This document shows, one piece after another, positions 27,461-40,577 of a DNA stretch of 64,000 nt. The position numbers and the translations under genes were made by a program. This stretch comes from Raillietiella orientalis (Eukaryota), in assembly GCA_036172245.1 (NCBI GenBank), contig JAYWIR010000049.1, positions 868,001 through 932,000 on the forward strand, read 5' to 3'. The notes below the pieces were generated by a model. The model searched no databases, was not told where the DNA came from, and saw nothing but the letters and a program-made list of their open reading frames with translations. Position 1 is the first letter of the stretch; each line of letters opens with the position of its first letter.

Positions 27461-27844
27461 TTCTCCTGACTCAACACTCTGGACATCGTTTTTGAGATTT
27501 CTGATTTTTCCTCCAGGCAAAGATGGGTTTGTGGTGCGCGGAGGAAAGAGGGATCGGAGTGAGAGTGGAGGTGGGAGGGGAAAGTGGAGGGGAGAATTGA
27601 AATACCTAGCTCGTATCAGTTTCCCTGTGGGCTCTCTGTTTCTTCATGACCTGTTACTCCGCTTCTTGGATTCTTGCAGGGTGTAGCTAAGAGTCTGGGA
27701 TAGCAATTGCACCCTGCTGTAGCTCTGTACCCCTCGTGACGAATTCCTTTAACATTCCAATGGCGAAAACTATCTCCCCCTTACGAGCTTCGGCCTCTTG
27801 ATGAGAGCGCTTTTCAGGATGCAACCCCAGGTTTCTCCCGCCTT

Positions 27845-27900
27845 GAGGACCGTGCAGATGCGACCCCTTAGCGTTGCCGGTTCAAATCCCGCCCGGGGAA
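27845..27900 (+). pseudogene. tRNA-derived 3' half (tRNA-Tyr-like), no 5' half
   Basis: ccttagcgttgccGGTTCAAATCCcgcccggggaa has a B-box/T-loop and resembles the tRNA-Tyr 3' half ccttaggtcgctggttcgaatccggctcg. No A box or D arm upstream. Confidence 0.45.
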
Positions 27901-27992
27901 GAATCGACACTGAGAATGGAGGGTGCGTCGTGGGTTTCAACTTCCCCTTGCAAGACGACGTTGGTTGGCCTGTAGGCTTCGGGTGCTGCCCT

Positions 27993-28735
27993 GGTTCACA
28001 CCCGGTCACTCCGGGGCGTTTATAAAACAAACCTTTGTGTCTGTGGCAGGACGTTTGATACTGCCACGTTACTCTGCCGGGATCTGGTACGCAGGCCAGC
28101 AGGGTATGCCTCGGCAGCACAAGGGAAGGGAATACAAAAAAAAAGGGAAAAACATAACGAAAAGTTGTAGTAAAAAAAGATGAAGGGAATTGGGGGGGGG
28201 AAGGGATTACTGTGTGTTGGAGGAAGTCTGCTGTATCCTTGAAAGGATGCCGGCAAGTTGCGTTTTTATGGTTCCCAGATGGGACCATCTTGACGCTGAC
28301 TATTTTGTCTGGGACCATTTTGCTGTTCTCATGAAGAGGACAGCAAAATGGATTGGTCCCTGTCATTCTGGCCTCCTCTGCCGTTGTTCCATGCGGTCAC
28401 GATCCCGCGTAGGCAGCACAGTGCTTCTAGGGATGCGGCCGGCAAGAGGGCATCGCGGAGGAAGAGCTGCGTTGCAACGTCTCTGGAGTTGGCGCCAGAG
28501 GTTCCAAGGGTCGTGGCCAAGCGTCCCCAAAGGGGCCGGAAGGCAACCCAGTATACCAGGAAATGCGATAAGGATTTTCGCTCCCCAAACTTGCACTTTG
28601 GGTTCACACACACCCGTATACCCGACCTCAAGGGCTCCCACTCCCGCCCAACCTTCCTGCCCCTGGCCGACGGACGCTCCGGAATTCCGCTTGCGCATCA
28701 TCTCCCTTCCCTGCTGGAGTGTGAACCAGGTGCTA
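27993..28735 (-). mobile_element. L1/Tx1-like 3' end (same family as 1732-2790)
   Basis: VNPKCKFGERKSLSHFLV...RPLWGRLATTLG...LCCLRGI..AW, then a T-rich 3' UTR and the family's terminal hairpin at 28001-28015. Confidence 0.85.
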
Positions 28736-29329
28736 GCGCAGAGCAGGAAATCTACAGAAAGAAAGGCACCATCACGTTATAGTTTCAGCAGTAGCTAGGA
28801 ATGCAACTTTGCATCACCAAGTAGTGCAGAGGAATGTCAATCTTGATGAAGAACCGCTCTTGAATAGTCACTATAATCAACAAAGAATTGCAAGGCTTCA
28901 TCATTGGTTTGATTCTGTAGTCTTCTGCACACGTTCACCTGCTACTGATGAACATGCACAAAGCAAAAACATGCCGAGGTATATCATGGTCACTTTCATG
29001 CACGTCAGTTCGAGCCAAAGACGCCAGGATGTGCAAGCAGCGAACGAAGATTGGGGAATAGCCGACGAGCGCAGCCTCATGTGCCTAGGTGCTTTCCACA
29101 CACCGATGAACTGCGTCTTCTACTCCGATGACCTCAGGAGCCGTTTGCATAGTTTCCAGGAGCTCCAGATATGTCTCTCTCATTGTTTCCTGTTTCTCCT
29201 CTTGACTCTGATTGGAAATCCCAGGAAGCAAAGGAAACCTAGTACTGCGCTTGTCTGCATGATCGCATGTTATGAAACGCTCCCAGAATAGCAACGAATC
29301 CGCCTCCATCAGCAGGACCACAACGTAAC

Positions 29330-30660
29330 AAAGGATGAATTATGTCGACCATCTGTTTTCCGACATGCAATCAAGAGACGCGTTACCGGGAGAAGAATCG
29401 ACTCGGAGATTGAGCATTCAGGCGAACTCCCACCCTGCGTACCGACAGCAGTGTCAGATAAGGTACCTAAATAGGGCCATGAAAAGGAATATCGGGGTAA
29501 CCGGGAAGCAGGATTCTTCCGACGAGACCCTTTGAAACTGATGTGGTAATAAGGAATGCAGCAACGCGAAAGACTATTATGCCTGCACTTTCCACCCCTA
29601 CTGCATCAGCTTGTGCCGAAAGAAGCAGCTCGAAGAGACGATTCGACACGAACTTGGTGCGGCGAACAGCTGATGCAGCTCGAGGAGGATTTCAAGGGAG
29701 AGGAGGTCGAGGCAGTCTCCGATCGAGGAGCCGGCGGCATAAGAAAGCCTGCCGCTGCTGCCACCACGCGCTCGCAAAGATGCCGACCTCGGCCCCCCGT
29801 TCCTGCAGCTGCTAACCCGGGGGAAGTCCCAGGGGTCGGTCGCCCGCGGGAGCAGGGCGACATTCCTGCCGCCCGCGAACCTCACCAAACTTGCCCGACG
29901 GAGACCAGCCTCCATCCTGAACACGGACGCAAACTGCTTCCAGCTCGGTGTCGCGCCGGGGCGATCGCCTGAAGCGAGACAGCACGCGCGAAAGAAATGA
30001 ACGCCGCACGGGGTCCCAGGAAAAACGGCGCGAAAACGAGCGAGGAAAATACAGGAAGGTGGATCCACAGGTGGGAGGGGAGCACTTGCTGCCAACGGGT
30101 CGCGCAGGAAGAGGAGCGGGAAGGGGAAGGTCAGCCACACGTCCCGCGCGGTCCTTCTTGCCGTCCGTCCGCCATGCAGTCGGCCCCCTCCTCGTTGATT
30201 TCCGATCGGTTGCGCAAGGATGTCTCGCCGTCCTCCTCATCATGAAGCGGACGGAATGGACCGTGCGCAGAGTCAGGACTACCTCTCGGATGCAGCGCAG
30301 AGTCGCCATCGCGCAAGTCCTTGAGGGGCTGAAGAACCCCTGCGGAAGGGCTGCCGAGAAGGGCCCTCCGGGTGCAACAGGCCTGCTGCCACCGTTTGCC
30401 GCCCGCTGCGGGCGAACTTGCAGTCCAACGATAGGGGCGGGAGCGATTGGACCGCCATGCACCTGGAGCAGCTCGGGGACGCGCTCCCTCTCGTCCAGAG
30501 GTGCTGGCATTGGTTGCAAGAGAAGTGCCAGTGAAAGAAGAGGGTTTCCGCTTGTTGCCACCGTAAAGGAAGATTTGAACGGTTTAGAAGGAATAGGGGA
30601 GCCTTCAGTTCACCCAAGGGAGTTCCAGAGCGGTCCTTGGGTGAGAGCACTAGGAGTCGT
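29330..30660 (+). mobile_element. Decayed LINE ORF1 end and AP-endonuclease start
   Basis: Cys/His cluster near 29750 (ACRCCHH), then a basic linker, then APE-like pieces (CLAVLLI, KEDLNG). Confidence 0.45.
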
Positions 30661-31050
30661 GGTGTTCGAGAGCTGAAGAGACAACGCTTCCATATAAAGT
30701 ATAAACAGAAAGAATTGGCTCTTAATCTCTTTCTTTCTAATTCCGGCCTCCCGGAAGAACTCTATGACAGAACATCAGGATGTCTTCTCGATGTTTTCTA
30801 TCGTGAAGGTCTTTTTTGAGTCATGAGACTGTACTACTCAACTGGGAACCCTCAGGACAAGCTGTGCAAGGAGTGTGGAAAGATGGAGACCCGACTCCAC
30901 ATGAAGACTGGTCGATGACTACGAACTGCTGAAGCAGGTGGCAGACTTGCAGGAGAAGACCAAGACAGAGATCATGAGTAGCGTCTTCAACTGTGAAAAG
31001 GACCTTAGCGGCAACACTGCATTTGCTGGTGATAATCTTTATTCCTTTAT
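30660..31050 (+). mobile_element. L1-clade ORF2 zinc-binding 3' fragment
   Basis: KLCKECGKMETRLH (C-x2-C...ET..H) at ~30860-30900. Confidence 0.55.
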
Positions 31051-32063
31051 GTTGTTCACTGTAAAGTTGTCGTTTAAACAGACTACTCCATCAATTGCCT
31101 GAAGAACTCTGATGATGTTTCCCTGATTGCTGAATAAAGCTTGGAAGAAGCGACTTAGATGGAATAGATATCAAAAATAGAGAGTGCGCACCATTTTGAT
31201 TGGAAAAATTTTTTGGAATGCAAAAATTTCAGGTATCAGAAGAAACAACGCCTGGTTGCGAACAGTATTTGCTCCAAAGAGAACAGATTATTGGATGTAT
31301 AAAAATATCAGTAAATGCAGCACGATGAGTCTGTTACAAAGAAATAATTGCTGTTGCTATTTATTCATTACTTAATTATTAATATCATTGAAATTCAAGG
31401 CTCAAGTTCATTCTTCAAGAAAGGCTCCCGTATATCTCACGGCTAAGGTAGAATTTATTAACCCATTTAACATTAGTAAGCCTTAATTAGACCTTCCAAT
31501 CCTACTTGAATGTATCAGTTTTCAGCTGAACATGGATAAATAATATTTTAATATCTGTCCATGATAATAAATATTCTAATGCACGTTTGTCCTTCAAATC
31601 GAAGTGAAACTAACCTGAAAGACTATGTCGGAATGCTCATGAGAAAAATATGAATGATTACGTTGAACAATTTCTCAGCAAGGGAATGTCTTTAGTAGTG
31701 GATTCATAACTTGCATACCTGTATTCTTCAGACACGTAAATTTATATTCTATACAAATTGTTTTATACTATATGAAGTTGTCGTACAAACATCTTTCTGA
31801 ATCAGTCAATCCATGTGAAGAACTAAGATTTGTGTTGCTGTCCAAACAGTGATTCACATGTACTACCAGAGGTTGCAATTTTCGTCTTCCCATGGAATGG
31901 CTGTAGGTGGAGGAAGAGAAGAGGCACGCCGCAGAGTACGTAGGAGCAGGAAATGGCCTTACTCGAGGAAGCCGCATTGGCGTTTCGGCTCGGCCCACTC
32001 GCGCGGGATCGTCTTTTCTCTGAAACCAACCGTGGAGACCGCGGTACGAGAAGTCCAGTTCGA

Positions 32064-33250
32064 GGTTGACACCCGGTCAAGCCGGGGCATTTATTTGAAA
32101 ATTCCACCTGGTACAACCTGGTACGAGGCCCCAGCACGGCCAATCAAACAGTGGACATGCTGGGTCGTCGGCAGTACGCAGACCGACGGGATTCACCTCG
32201 GCAGCGGAGGGGGATGGGGAGAAAACAAAAAATATATAAAAAGACACTTTGGAGGGCAGGAAAGGGATCACTGCCCGCTGGAGGCGGGGTCCATCCTTCG
32301 CAGGATCCTGGCGAGATCCTTCCGGATATTCCTCAGGTGGGGCCATCGGGTGGCTATTCGCAAGAAGCGAACTGCATATTCGATGACGTCCCTTTCGTTG
32401 CTTCCTCCTGCGTCGGTGTTGCTCCAGGCCGTCTCAATCCCGCGGTAACAGCAAAGTACTGCTAGGGCTGCGGCTGGACGCAGGACTTCCCGCACCGAGA
32501 GGAGCCGAAAAACGCCCCTGGGAAGGCAGCCAACCGGGATCCCAAGCGTCGTTCCAAAACATTCCCAAAGGGGCCGGAGGGCAACGCAGTCTACTAGCAG
32601 GTGCGGGAGGGATTCCCGTTTCCCGCACCTGGCACATTTGGATTCACCCTCCCCAACGTCCAGTAGTGGTGGCGCGTGTTGTAAGGGGTATCCCACTGCA
32701 ACAGCAGCAGCGACGTTTCCTGCCACTTCAGGGGGAGGATCCTAGCTTCCTTTAACACTGGGGGCCACTCCAGTTCAGTCGTTGGGATGTCGAGCAGCTC
32801 TCTCCATCTCCGTAGTCCTCGCGGAAGGACGCTCGGGGTTGTGGCGTCCGCCAGCTGTTCCATGGTCCAACCGCTCATCAACTTTTCTCTGCCTCCGATC
32901 CGGAAGAAGACCTGCCACCTGGGCGTCCGGCTGCTGCCTAGTGCCCTTCTTAGGAAGGACATCGACATGGAGAGGAGGGTCGTCTCTGCCCACGTGCTCC
33001 TGGAGGGACACTCGAGTATCTTCCGCAGTGGGCAGCGGGCGTAGGTACCGATTCGCAGGCAGTTCCATGATTCGTTGGTGCTGATTCATCTTGGTGCTGG
33101 GTTTGGTGAAGGAATACGCAACGAGCGTGCACATCTCCAAGCTCGGTACTTGCAGAAAAGGCCAGACGTTCATCGTCTGGCTGAGGTGAAAGCCACGGCT
33201 GAACGACAAGCCTGTAGGTCCGAGACGACCAGCTTAATGGACGACTAGGG
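32064..33250 (-). mobile_element. L1/Tx1-like 3' end (same family as 1732-2790)
   Basis: LPRGLRRWRELLDIP...LPLKWQE and CARCGKRESLPHLLVDC...LCCYRGIETAW. 3' UTR with AATAAA and the terminal hairpin at 32072-32086. Confidence 0.9.
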
Positions 33251-33299
33251 TCGGGAGCACTCGTCCCTGGCAGAAACACGACGCATCGTTTGCCAACTT

Positions 33300-34197
33300 T
33301 ATTCATCCCTGTACTCAAGTGCACCACCGGAACGCGACTTCGCTCGACTTGCTGCCCGAAGGCGTTCCCGCGATCGGGGTGGAGTCGCAAACTCTCTTGA
33401 GCGAACCTTCACGACAAGAGAGACCATCTCCACCATCGGCAAGCTCAAGAGGAGGAAAGCACCAAGGGAGGATGGCCTGCCGACTGAATTTCACCAGTGT
33501 TTCGCGGGCAGAGCTGACCCCACTGGTGCGTCGGATATGCTCGCTGATTCGGGAGACAGGTGAGGTGCCCGCCTCCTTCCGATCAGCAAGAGTACGTCTC
33601 CTACCAAAGGGAGGAGACCTCCGCAATACAAGTAACCGGCGTCCGGTTACCGTGATCAATACGGAAGCCAAGCTGCTCGCTAAGCTAAAGACTGAGCGTC
33701 TGGACGGCTGGAGGAAACGTTTATTAATGCGGAGCAGACACGCTGTTGCCGGACGAAGCGTAAAAACGAACCTTTCCTGATCAGCTCCTGGATTCAGTTG
33801 TAACAAAGTGTTCCTCCAGTCGGCCAAAGGAATCCTGAATTCCGAGATAACCAGGGATTGGGGGACTACGTTGAGTCGGAAGCGTCGGGAGTCCTTGCGG
33901 TCGCAGTCGATTTGCAAAAGGCATTCGATTTTCACAGAGTCGCCGGGACGTTTATTGAAGAATAAACTTTTTACAAGTACTGCGGGCAAAAGGCATTCGA
34001 ACAGGAGATGCTTTGGGAACTTCTGGAACGCATGGGATCCCCGGATGTCATCCCGGACTACCTACGCTCCTGTTGGCGCAACGCGATGATTAATATTTTT
34101 TCAGGAGCCGGAAGTGCACAGTGCACAGTGTATCGCTTCTCGGCCTTTTGGCTAAGATCAAAATGTACCAGTGCGGCGAGGGATTCGGCAAGGGATG
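33300..34197 (+). mobile_element. L1/Tx1-like reverse transcriptase, N-terminal part
   Basis: LLPKGGDLRNTSNRRPVTVINTEAKLLAK, VDLQKAFD, LWELLERMG and PVRRGIRQG. Confidence 0.9.
34132..34167 (+). pseudogene. U2: U2 snRNA 5' fragment (nt 1-36)
   Basis: atcgcttctcggccttttggctaagatcaaaatgta matches the U2 5' end ATCGCTTCTCGGCCTTTTGGCTAAGATCAAAGTGTA with one mismatch. Confidence 0.95.
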
Positions 34198-35110
34198 ATG
34201 GAAATCCTTTTGGGTTCGTATCTGTCTTCGCTGTTTTTTCCCTTACAGCTTTTTTTTTTTTCAGTTTTTTCAGGGTTTTTTTTTTTTGGTTCGCTAAGTA
34301 CCTCAAGAGCCGGTCGCGTGCCTCGCGGCGCACGTGGCTCTTTAACTCTTTCCACGCCACCTGCGGAGGGTCCGTATTATTCTTCAAGATAGGGGGTACC
34401 CCGGAAGGGGGGTCCGCCCTATGAATCCAGCAAGGCTTGGAGTCTGTTCCTCTCACACTTGGGGAGGAATCTCCCACCCTGGTTGTCTCCGAAGGGGAAC
34501 CCCGAAGGGAATCTCCTTCCTCATTCTCTCCGGAGGAACCCTCCCGGGAGGGGAGTGGTCCTCTCCATTTCATCTTCTCGGGAGGGAACCCGGAAAGGAT
34601 CCGCTAGTAGGAATTTCTTCGGAGAGAACTCGCAAGGGAACCGCTCCTGTTCACTCCTCTGAAGAGAACCCCGAAGGGACGCTTCCGAAACTCAGAAGGG
34701 GCTCTGCAGCTTCCCGCAGGGGGATCGCTCTCGTTTGCTTCCTTGCACTCTCGAAGAGGTGACTAATTGGAGGGTCCCTCTCGCAACAGGGGAGATCCAC
34801 TCCTTTAAACAACTGGAGAGGCTCCTGTGAAGGCTCTTGCTCCATTTTGAAACCGGAGGGGTTCTCCTGGTGTGGGGGTCTGCTCTCCGTTGTACGACCG
34901 GAGGGGGAACCTCCTACTCCTTTTTATTCCTGGAAGGATCCGAAGGCCGACTCCCATTATTCCGGCCTTCATCGGAAGCCTCCGGCTTAAACGACCAACG
35001 GTGCCACGCCCAAATGTTTCGGCCAACCAGCGCCATTTCAGGAGAAACTCAGTACCCAACGGCGCAGTGGCGTCAGTTTCTACAGGAGTATTCGAACCCG
35101 CGGCGCATGG
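34198..35110. repeat. Longest fragment of the unclassified GC-rich repeat, lying between two RT segments
   Basis: Homologous to 16790-17000 and 18445-18680; - strand ORF pieces are Pro/Ser/Lys-rich. Confidence 0.8.
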
Positions 35111-36940
35111 TACCACACACGGAAGCCTTAACCACAAAGCCTTTGACGCGGGCACCAGTGCAGCGGGAGATTCGGCAAGGAGACAGCCTGAGCCTATTGC
35201 TGTTCAGCATCTACTTCGAGTTGGTGCTGAGAGCGTACGAGACAACTCTTGCTGACCTTCTCAGCTCGTGCCCCGGCACGCCGTGTCGTGCTGTGCCGAT
35301 TACCTTCTGCTCCTGTTACGCATGTCAGCCCCCGCAGCATCGCTCGAGGAATTCCTCAAGCCGGGAAGCTGGCATGCGTATGAACAGGACCAAGTAGACT
35401 GTGGTGGTGAGACGTGGGCAGGGCAACGGGACTGGATCCGCTCGGGGATCCTCACGATCAGGTGCTTTGAGTACCTGGGAGTCCCGTTTGGGGACTTCTG
35501 CGCAGCAGATACCTGGGCCGGCTGCCTCCAAAAATCGGCGCTCAGCCCGTTTCTGAATGGCAGATTTCTTTTGCAGGGACGGGCTGTCCAGTGGAACTAG
35601 TTCGTGACTCTCTTCCTCCTACCCCTGCCTTTTGTTTGTACCCCTCCTGGAGATTTAAAAAAGTGTATCGAGGACCTTTTGAGAAATTTCTTCTGGGGAG
35701 CGCAGAGGTCCCGGGTCCACTTAAAGGCCTTTTGCGCGCGCCGCGTTGGAACGCCGGACTCGCATCTTGACACTGGAGAGGATGAAACGGCAGCTCCAGT
35801 GTAAGAGATTAGCCCCAGAGGCGAAGTGCTGGACTCCCCTCATTGATGCATCCCAGCCAGACTCCTGGCCAAGCGAGCAGCCGGCGTCGAGGAACTCGGT
35901 ACGTTCTTCGTGCATGGCAACCGAGAGTTACCCCGATGCAGGTACTAACTCCGACAAATGGCTGCCTTGGTTCAGGAGAACAAGGGGACTTCCTGCTGCT
36001 CCACTAACTGTGATGCCTGGAAGCAGGAAACACTTCAGGTGTGGGCGAAAAGAAACGGCACGAGTCCAGAGCAATCAGTTCTCGAATTACGCTCGCTGCT
36101 TATTGCCGAGAATCATGGACTGCCCAAGGAAGACCACCTGAGCACGAAACATCCCACTTGCAGCCACGCTCAACACAATCCAACAAGGTGGACAGAGCTA
36201 CTGCCTTGCGAGATGGGAAGTATCCTGAGAGATTGCGAGAGAATAGAAGTACCTGGGATGCTGAACGGCGCGTGGACTGGCTAACGCATGTACCCCTGCC
36301 GCCCTCCCCAGAGGGATTCTTCGCTGGGCGGAACTTCTCGACATTCCCTTAGAAAAGGACAGCTTTATGCTTCTCCTGAATTGGCGAGACTCTGCATTGC
36401 AGTAGTTGCACTGGACGATCCCATGCAACGCACAAGTCCACCACTGGGCAAGGGGTAGTGTAGCGTTACTTGCGAGGAACAGGAAACCTTCCCGCCCTGT
36501 TGTTGGATTGTGTTGTTGTCCTCCTGGTTGTCCGGGAACGCGTCGCTGAGGCGCTCCCACTCCCAATGGACAACGGCAGAGAGGTCTTGAGGCGCCTCTT
36601 CGCGCGCGACTCGATGCCGTCTGCAGCTTCCCTTGCAGCAGCTTTATGCTACCTTCGTGGGATCATGGCGACGAGAAGCGGAGCCTAAAGAGGCCGGTCG
36701 AATGATGAGTTCATCGCAGTTGTCTGCCCTTTCATGAGGAAGACTACAAGATAGCCATATCCCTGCCAACAGATGGAGGAAGTTGCCCACTTCCTCCAGA
36801 GGATGCTAAGGACGCCAGAAAGAAAACTGTGACCCCTTCCCCTATCAACACATTTCTAAACTGAACTTTTTTGTGATTTTTTTTTTGTTTTTGTTAACCC
36901 CTTTCTCCAATCCTCCTGCGCCGACCTCACCGGGGAGCTG
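35110..36940 (+). mobile_element. L1/Tx1-like RT C-terminal half through ORF2 end and partial 3' UTR (frameshifted)
   Basis: PVQREIRQGDSLSLLLFSIYFE, CADYLLL, FEYLGVPF, LRNFFWG, LLLDC and LCYLRGI in order. Confidence 0.9.
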
Positions 36941-39900
36941 CATTGAAAGGCAACCATCAGTGAATAATTGCTGTTAACTTTGGCAAGGTATAACTCTGTT
37001 TCTGAAGCTGAGTTTATTTTTGTCACTACTGTTTTTTTTAAAAAAAGCAAATGTCCATTCAGCTTGCTTACTAAAAACAACTTTTTAATAACTTGGATTA
37101 TTTTCGGATTTTATTTTTTGTTTCATTTCATTCCATTTCATTTCTTCTCCTAGGAAACCTTTGGTCGGTGTACGAAACACACTGAAATTGCTTATTTTTT
37201 ATTTCCTCAAATATGCATTAATGTGTGACTGTGCTTTCGACTTTACTGAAATTTCCGTTTTTCTTTGGAAAACATGGTGCTCGTCTGAAATGTCTCTTTT
37301 TCGAGTTATCGAGAAGTAATGGCACTCGCACTCTCTGTATAGTGTACTCAGTAACTGAATGATAAGAACATTTACTTTCTCTCTTTGCTAAATGATCTTT
37401 GTGGATAAGACATAATACTGATTTGTGGTAACTTTTATGGCGGGGCAGCTTGGACCCACAGTAAGACGCCTTGTTCGAGCTCCCTTGCATCTAAAATAGA
37501 AGTGAAAGCGAGTTTCTGGTTCCGTTTGTATTTGAATACTTTATTCTGCTATGAGGACTATAGAGGAAGAGGCATCAAATCCATAACTCTGTGAGAGAAT
37601 ATCTTTTCGAGAAATTAAGCATTAAAGTAAACATCACACCGAAATTCGGGATTCAAGACTATATCAGCTATATTAGAAGAAATATCTTTGAAACACGATG
37701 AGATCATGTGCTTCTGTTTTAGGAGCTTTTTTTTTGTTTTTGTTTCATAACGAGAAACTCGATTGTGAGGACATAATAGCAAGCTCCGATAATAATGGCA
37801 GTCTGTTGAGAAAACTGAAACTGTTCTCAGGACTTCTGCCAAGATTCTAAGCAATAATATTTGACCCAGTGGTTCTTATTTTTATTGTCGGTCAAAAAAG
37901 ACCACGAAAGATTCGAGTCTATGCATTGTAAATAATGTTTGAGTCGCCGCTCTTTGAGAAAACTATTGAAAACTTCTGGAAATAGATCATCTCTGCAGGG
38001 AAAGATTTTCCTATTGTTTTAAGGGATAGGATTATGGGAAAAAACGTCCATTCAATGAAATGCCACTCAGAAACTCGGTATTGGAAATTTAAAGTTATGT
38101 AATAAGAAGGGAGCATTTTAAGCAATAAAAAAGATGTTTAAGAGTCCGTAGAATAAACAAAATAAAATGCCATAAAGGTAGCGAGGGCTTTTTTAATGTC
38201 GAAGCAATAACATAATTAAATATGTAGCTATAAGTTTTTTTTTTTCATATTCTTCCTGCTCATCTGCACTGATGAATGGGGATATACAATAATTCAAATA
38301 AAAATGGAATAAGGCCTATAAAAAAAATAACAATAAAAAACACTGAATGGCAAAGTTCGAAGTTACGGAGCAAATTCTCAGGAAAACTTAATATATTTAT
38401 GCGCATCCCGCCATCAAAAGAATTTTAATACATTTGTTTTATCATAAGGTAAAGCAAATGTAATAACAGGATTCAAAAACCATTTATTAGGAGCAGTATT
38501 TCCTATGTCAGACCTGCAAGGCATTCGTAATCAAATTGAATAGGCTGATTAAATGTTAACACTGGATATCGACATTTTTGAAGAAATGTTCATCTACGCT
38601 TACGTTCTTGAGTTCTTAGTCATTACTTCATTATCACTGCATGTTTCCTGATTTTTTTCCATTTGGAAAATACTCCATCCACTAGAATCCAATGTAAACT
38701 TCTTTGTAGTAACAAAAGCATCTCATTTTAAACCTACCTTTGAATCCTGATTTTGCAAATCCAGAATTTTGTTGTTTTGCTTTCTTTTTTTGTTCACATT
38801 ACTAAGTTGCTAGTTAGTGAGTTTGAAAATTTCACCGAACTCTTTTCAGTGAAATGTAGTTTTTGCATAAATGCCTCTTGCAATTTGCTATTGAATCGAT
38901 AAAGATGTTTATTTCTGTACATAAATGAAATTCGATTTTCTCGAAATTTTGCAATGTACCGATTTCCGCATATACATCCTGGAAATTCATTTTCATTTGC
39001 AATTTATCTAAGGTACATTAAAGTCATTTTGTTTCTTTGTCCTTGTGTTTCTTACCTTTACTGTTAAAGCTTTCTCATGGTTAGATCTTTGTTATCCTTA
39101 AAAATTCCCACCTCCTTGTTCCTCAAAATGTACCTTGATGACTTTGAAGTAATTTCAAGTTTCAGGATGCAGGGTTTCGTGAAGATTTGGCAATTTTTCC
39201 TTGAATACGTCTGTAATTATTTTGATAATTTTGATTAAGGCTAATGAAACACGTGAAGCCACATGCGAAGCTCCGAAATCAGTGTGTATCCTGACGATTG
39301 TAAAATGGTTCCTTGTATGCTGTTCGTGTAGTGAATGTGTGTGGAAATCCTCACATTATATGTTCCAATGTTGCATTTTTAAAGAGGATTCCTGTTAATA
39401 GGTAAATATCTTCACAGAGCACTGATTACTCTAGTAAGCTTGAATTTCTGTACATTTTTATTATCAAATGAAAAGTTAAGCAACTTATAACAGGAGTGAA
39501 GAACGTAACTAACAAAGGTAGGTGCTTCATTTTTATCGTGGCACTGTGTGAATGTTGCTGCTCGTTGATGTAAGGTCCCCGTTTTCCTTTTTTTTTAAAA
39601 AAAAAAAAAAGTTCGAAATCGTTCTCATACGCATATAGTAAGCATTCGTATTCGATTCAGTATTCGGCAATCGCAGTAAGTTGTAATTAGTAAAGTAAAT
39701 CCCGGTAATTAATATGTAATTGTTGTAATCAGTAATGTAAGACCCAGGAATTAATGTCCCAATAAGTAGTAACTCATAACGATCTTTTTGTCTGTAATTG
39801 ATGCGTGACATTATTTGCTGTTGATGTTTTGTGCTACACGTATCCAGTTTTGAAAGCTTGGCATGCAGTATATCATTTACAACAGGTGGCGCATTCTTCA

Positions 39901-40577
39901 TTCAGATTTTATTTTGCCGTAGCTTTACTACAGCCCGGTTTACACAGGTGACAAGAAACGAACCGATGATGCGAGTAAAATACGTATGGGTGTTATGCCG
40001 TGTTCTAGTCGTGTTCTCGTGAATGAATACTGTCGTGTGAAAAAATACGGACATTATCAGAAGGGAACTTTTTTCAATTTTGTTTGGTGTTGAATTGTTG
40101 TAACATCTGTGGAGCACTCTTTGCCTAGAAATTTGCGATTACATCCTGTTAAAGTTAGTTTACAGAGTTGATAAACTCAATTTTTGTGTAAATGGAGTGT
40201 ATTTATTTCTTGCTTCCGAATGCAATTAAAAGAAACCCATGCAAACCAAAGTAATTAGTGCTTCAAAATGTATGGGTGCTGATTTAGTGCCTTGTGTAGG
40301 CACGTCTGTATGGGTTTTTCGTGATGGCATCACTAATTGAAAAATAGTGAAATGAAAAATTATTGTGACATACTTACATCATTGAAATAAGGTTATTCGA
40401 AAAGATACGTTATTGTGACCACCATATAAGATATTTAAGCATTTAAACGTTGTAAGCATAAGAAACATTTTAAACTGATGTTGCTAAAAAAGAAAAAAAA
40501 AAAAAATGGTAGCACAGCACAAACTACACTATCTAAAATTATGTTGGTGCTTTAAGGAATCGTGGCCTAGTATATTA

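Noticed and set aside
32064..36940. Head-to-head LINE pieces as a single twin-priming 5' inversion
   Set aside because: The + strand part runs on to its own diverged 3' end, so separate copies explain it better.
39055..39390. Exon-like - strand segment with NIGTYNVR (RTE endonuclease-like start), possible divergent lncRNA from the lolal promoter
   Set aside because: Stops in all frames and a single short motif; no supporting evidence.
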